NCBI RefSeq assembly: GCF_013393945.1
Contig: NZ_CP040297.1
Span: 5,651,296-5,683,295, forward strand
Origin: Nostoc sp. TCL26-01
Lineage (GTDB): Bacteria; Cyanobacteriota; Cyanobacteriia; Cyanobacteriales; Nostocaceae
Length of the DNA: 32,000 bases
Reading direction: 5' to 3'
In this document: in pieces, positions 31,262-32,000 of the stretch
How positions within the stretch are numbered: position 1 is the stretch's first letter
Layout: each line of letters starts with the position of its first letter
Position numbers and translations under genes: made by a program
Notes under the pieces: generated by a model
What the model saw: the letters and a program-made list of their open reading frames with translations, nothing else
What the model was told of the DNA's origin: nothing
Database searches by the model: none

Positions 31262-32000
31262 TTAATTACGAATTATCTGAATTCCATGTGTAATTGTCTG
31301 TGTCACAAATAATTCTAAATCTTCGTCGGGAATTGCTTGTCTAACTTGTAATTTAACTTGTTCTGCTTGTTGTTGAGATTGACAAAGGGCGAAGACTGAA
31401 GGCCCGGAACCTGACATCATAGTGCCGATGACATCTGGTTGAGATGCGAATAGTTCTCTGAGTTGCAATACTTGGGGATAAGCTGGTAATACTACTTTTT
31501 CCAAATCATTGTGCAATTTTTGGGCGATCGCTATAGTGTCTTTTGCTAAAATTGCTTTGACGATTGCACCTGAATGGACTGCGGCGGCTCGTGCTGCTAA
31601 ATTATCTGTGTCTCGAATATAAAAATTACCAAATTCCTGACGATAAGTTTTATATGCCCAGGCGGTAGAAACTTCTAAGCTACGATATTTCGCCAATACT
31701 ATATATATATGATCTAAACTGGGCAGTGGTGAAAGTTGTTCACCTCTACCTGTGGCGATGACTGTACCACCCGCCACACAAAATGGTACATCGGAACCGA
31801 GCATCGCACCTAATTCTTCGATTTCTATTTGGGTTAGTCCTAAGTTCCACAGTAAATCTATCCCTACCAAAACTGCTGCGGCGTTAGTTGAACCTCCCGC
31901 CAAGCCAGCTGCAACGGGAATATGTTTTTTCACGGTTATGTCCACACCACCATGTTTAGCTAAAGCTTCAGGAAATTTTTTCGCCATCAGTTCGGCGGCG
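31262..32000 (-). CDS. ispE: 4-diphosphocytidyl-2-C-methyl-D-erythritol kinase, 5' end outside window
   Basis: It has the GHMP kinase motif [18 protein letters not shown] and the C-terminal [11 protein letters not shown]. The frame stays open upstream of the first Met to the window edge (..AAELMAKKF..). Confidence 0.9.
   Translation of the reverse strand, partial: AAELMAKKFPEALAKHGGVDITVKKHIPVAAGLAGGSTNAAAVLVGIDLLWNLGLTQIEIEELGAMLGSDVPFCVAGGTVIATGRGEQLSPLPSLDHIYIVLAKYRSLEVSTAWAYKTYRQEFGNFYIRDTDNLAARAAAVHSGAIVKAILAKDTIAIAQKLHNDLEKVVLPAYPQVLQLRELFASQPDVIGTMMSGSGPSVFALCQSQQQAEQVKLQVRQAIPDEDLELFVTQTITHGIQIIRN

Overview
The window looks like chromosomal DNA from a filamentous, heterocyst-forming cyanobacterium (Nostocales-like). 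The evidence is dense HIP1 octamers (GCGATCGC), several STRR-like heptamer arrays and a HetP-family gene. About 31 coding regions are supportable; no rRNA, tRNA or CRISPR array was seen.

Layout:
- 1-4.6 kb: HAD hydrolase 3' end, an MFS exporter, and a TauD-type dioxygenase / GST / CmcJ-NvfI-like oxygenase cluster.
- 4.7-7.1 kb: AT-rich stretch with an atypical AAA ATPase and a 167-aa hypothetical.
- 7.1-12.4 kb: two-component genes (one CheY-like receiver, two receiver-histidine kinase hybrids, one NarL/LuxR regulator) around a 1.45-kb ORF-free gap.
- 12.4-16.2 kb: an LpxB-related gene and an Omp85/BamA gene.
- 16.4-18.8 kb: a small helical protein followed in the same frame by an NB-ARC/TPR (NLR-like STAND) gene.
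- 18.8-23.1 kb: a repeat-rich island with five type II toxin-antitoxin modules plus remnants.
- 23.2-28.3 kb: an SLH/OprB porin, a FecR-like secreted protein, a TrpC paralogue, a HetP-like gene and a trpE fragment.
- 28.3-32 kb: a long AT-rich non-coding region with a GC-rich hairpin patch, a receiver-AraC regulator, a DUF3082-like membrane protein and ispE (5' end outside the window).

The best candidate for something new is the 126-aa protein with a hydrophobic head and an N/G/Q-rich tail. It is separated from the start-less NB-ARC/TPR sensor by a single in-frame UGA-C stop, and the locus directly adjoins the cassette-like toxin-antitoxin island built from a shared junction repeat. Other points of interest are a TrpC paralogue lacking three active-site residues, a trpE stub next to a hetP-like gene, and small palindromic elements inserted in frame into coding sequence.

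All family assignments come from motif recognition by eye. No database search was run.
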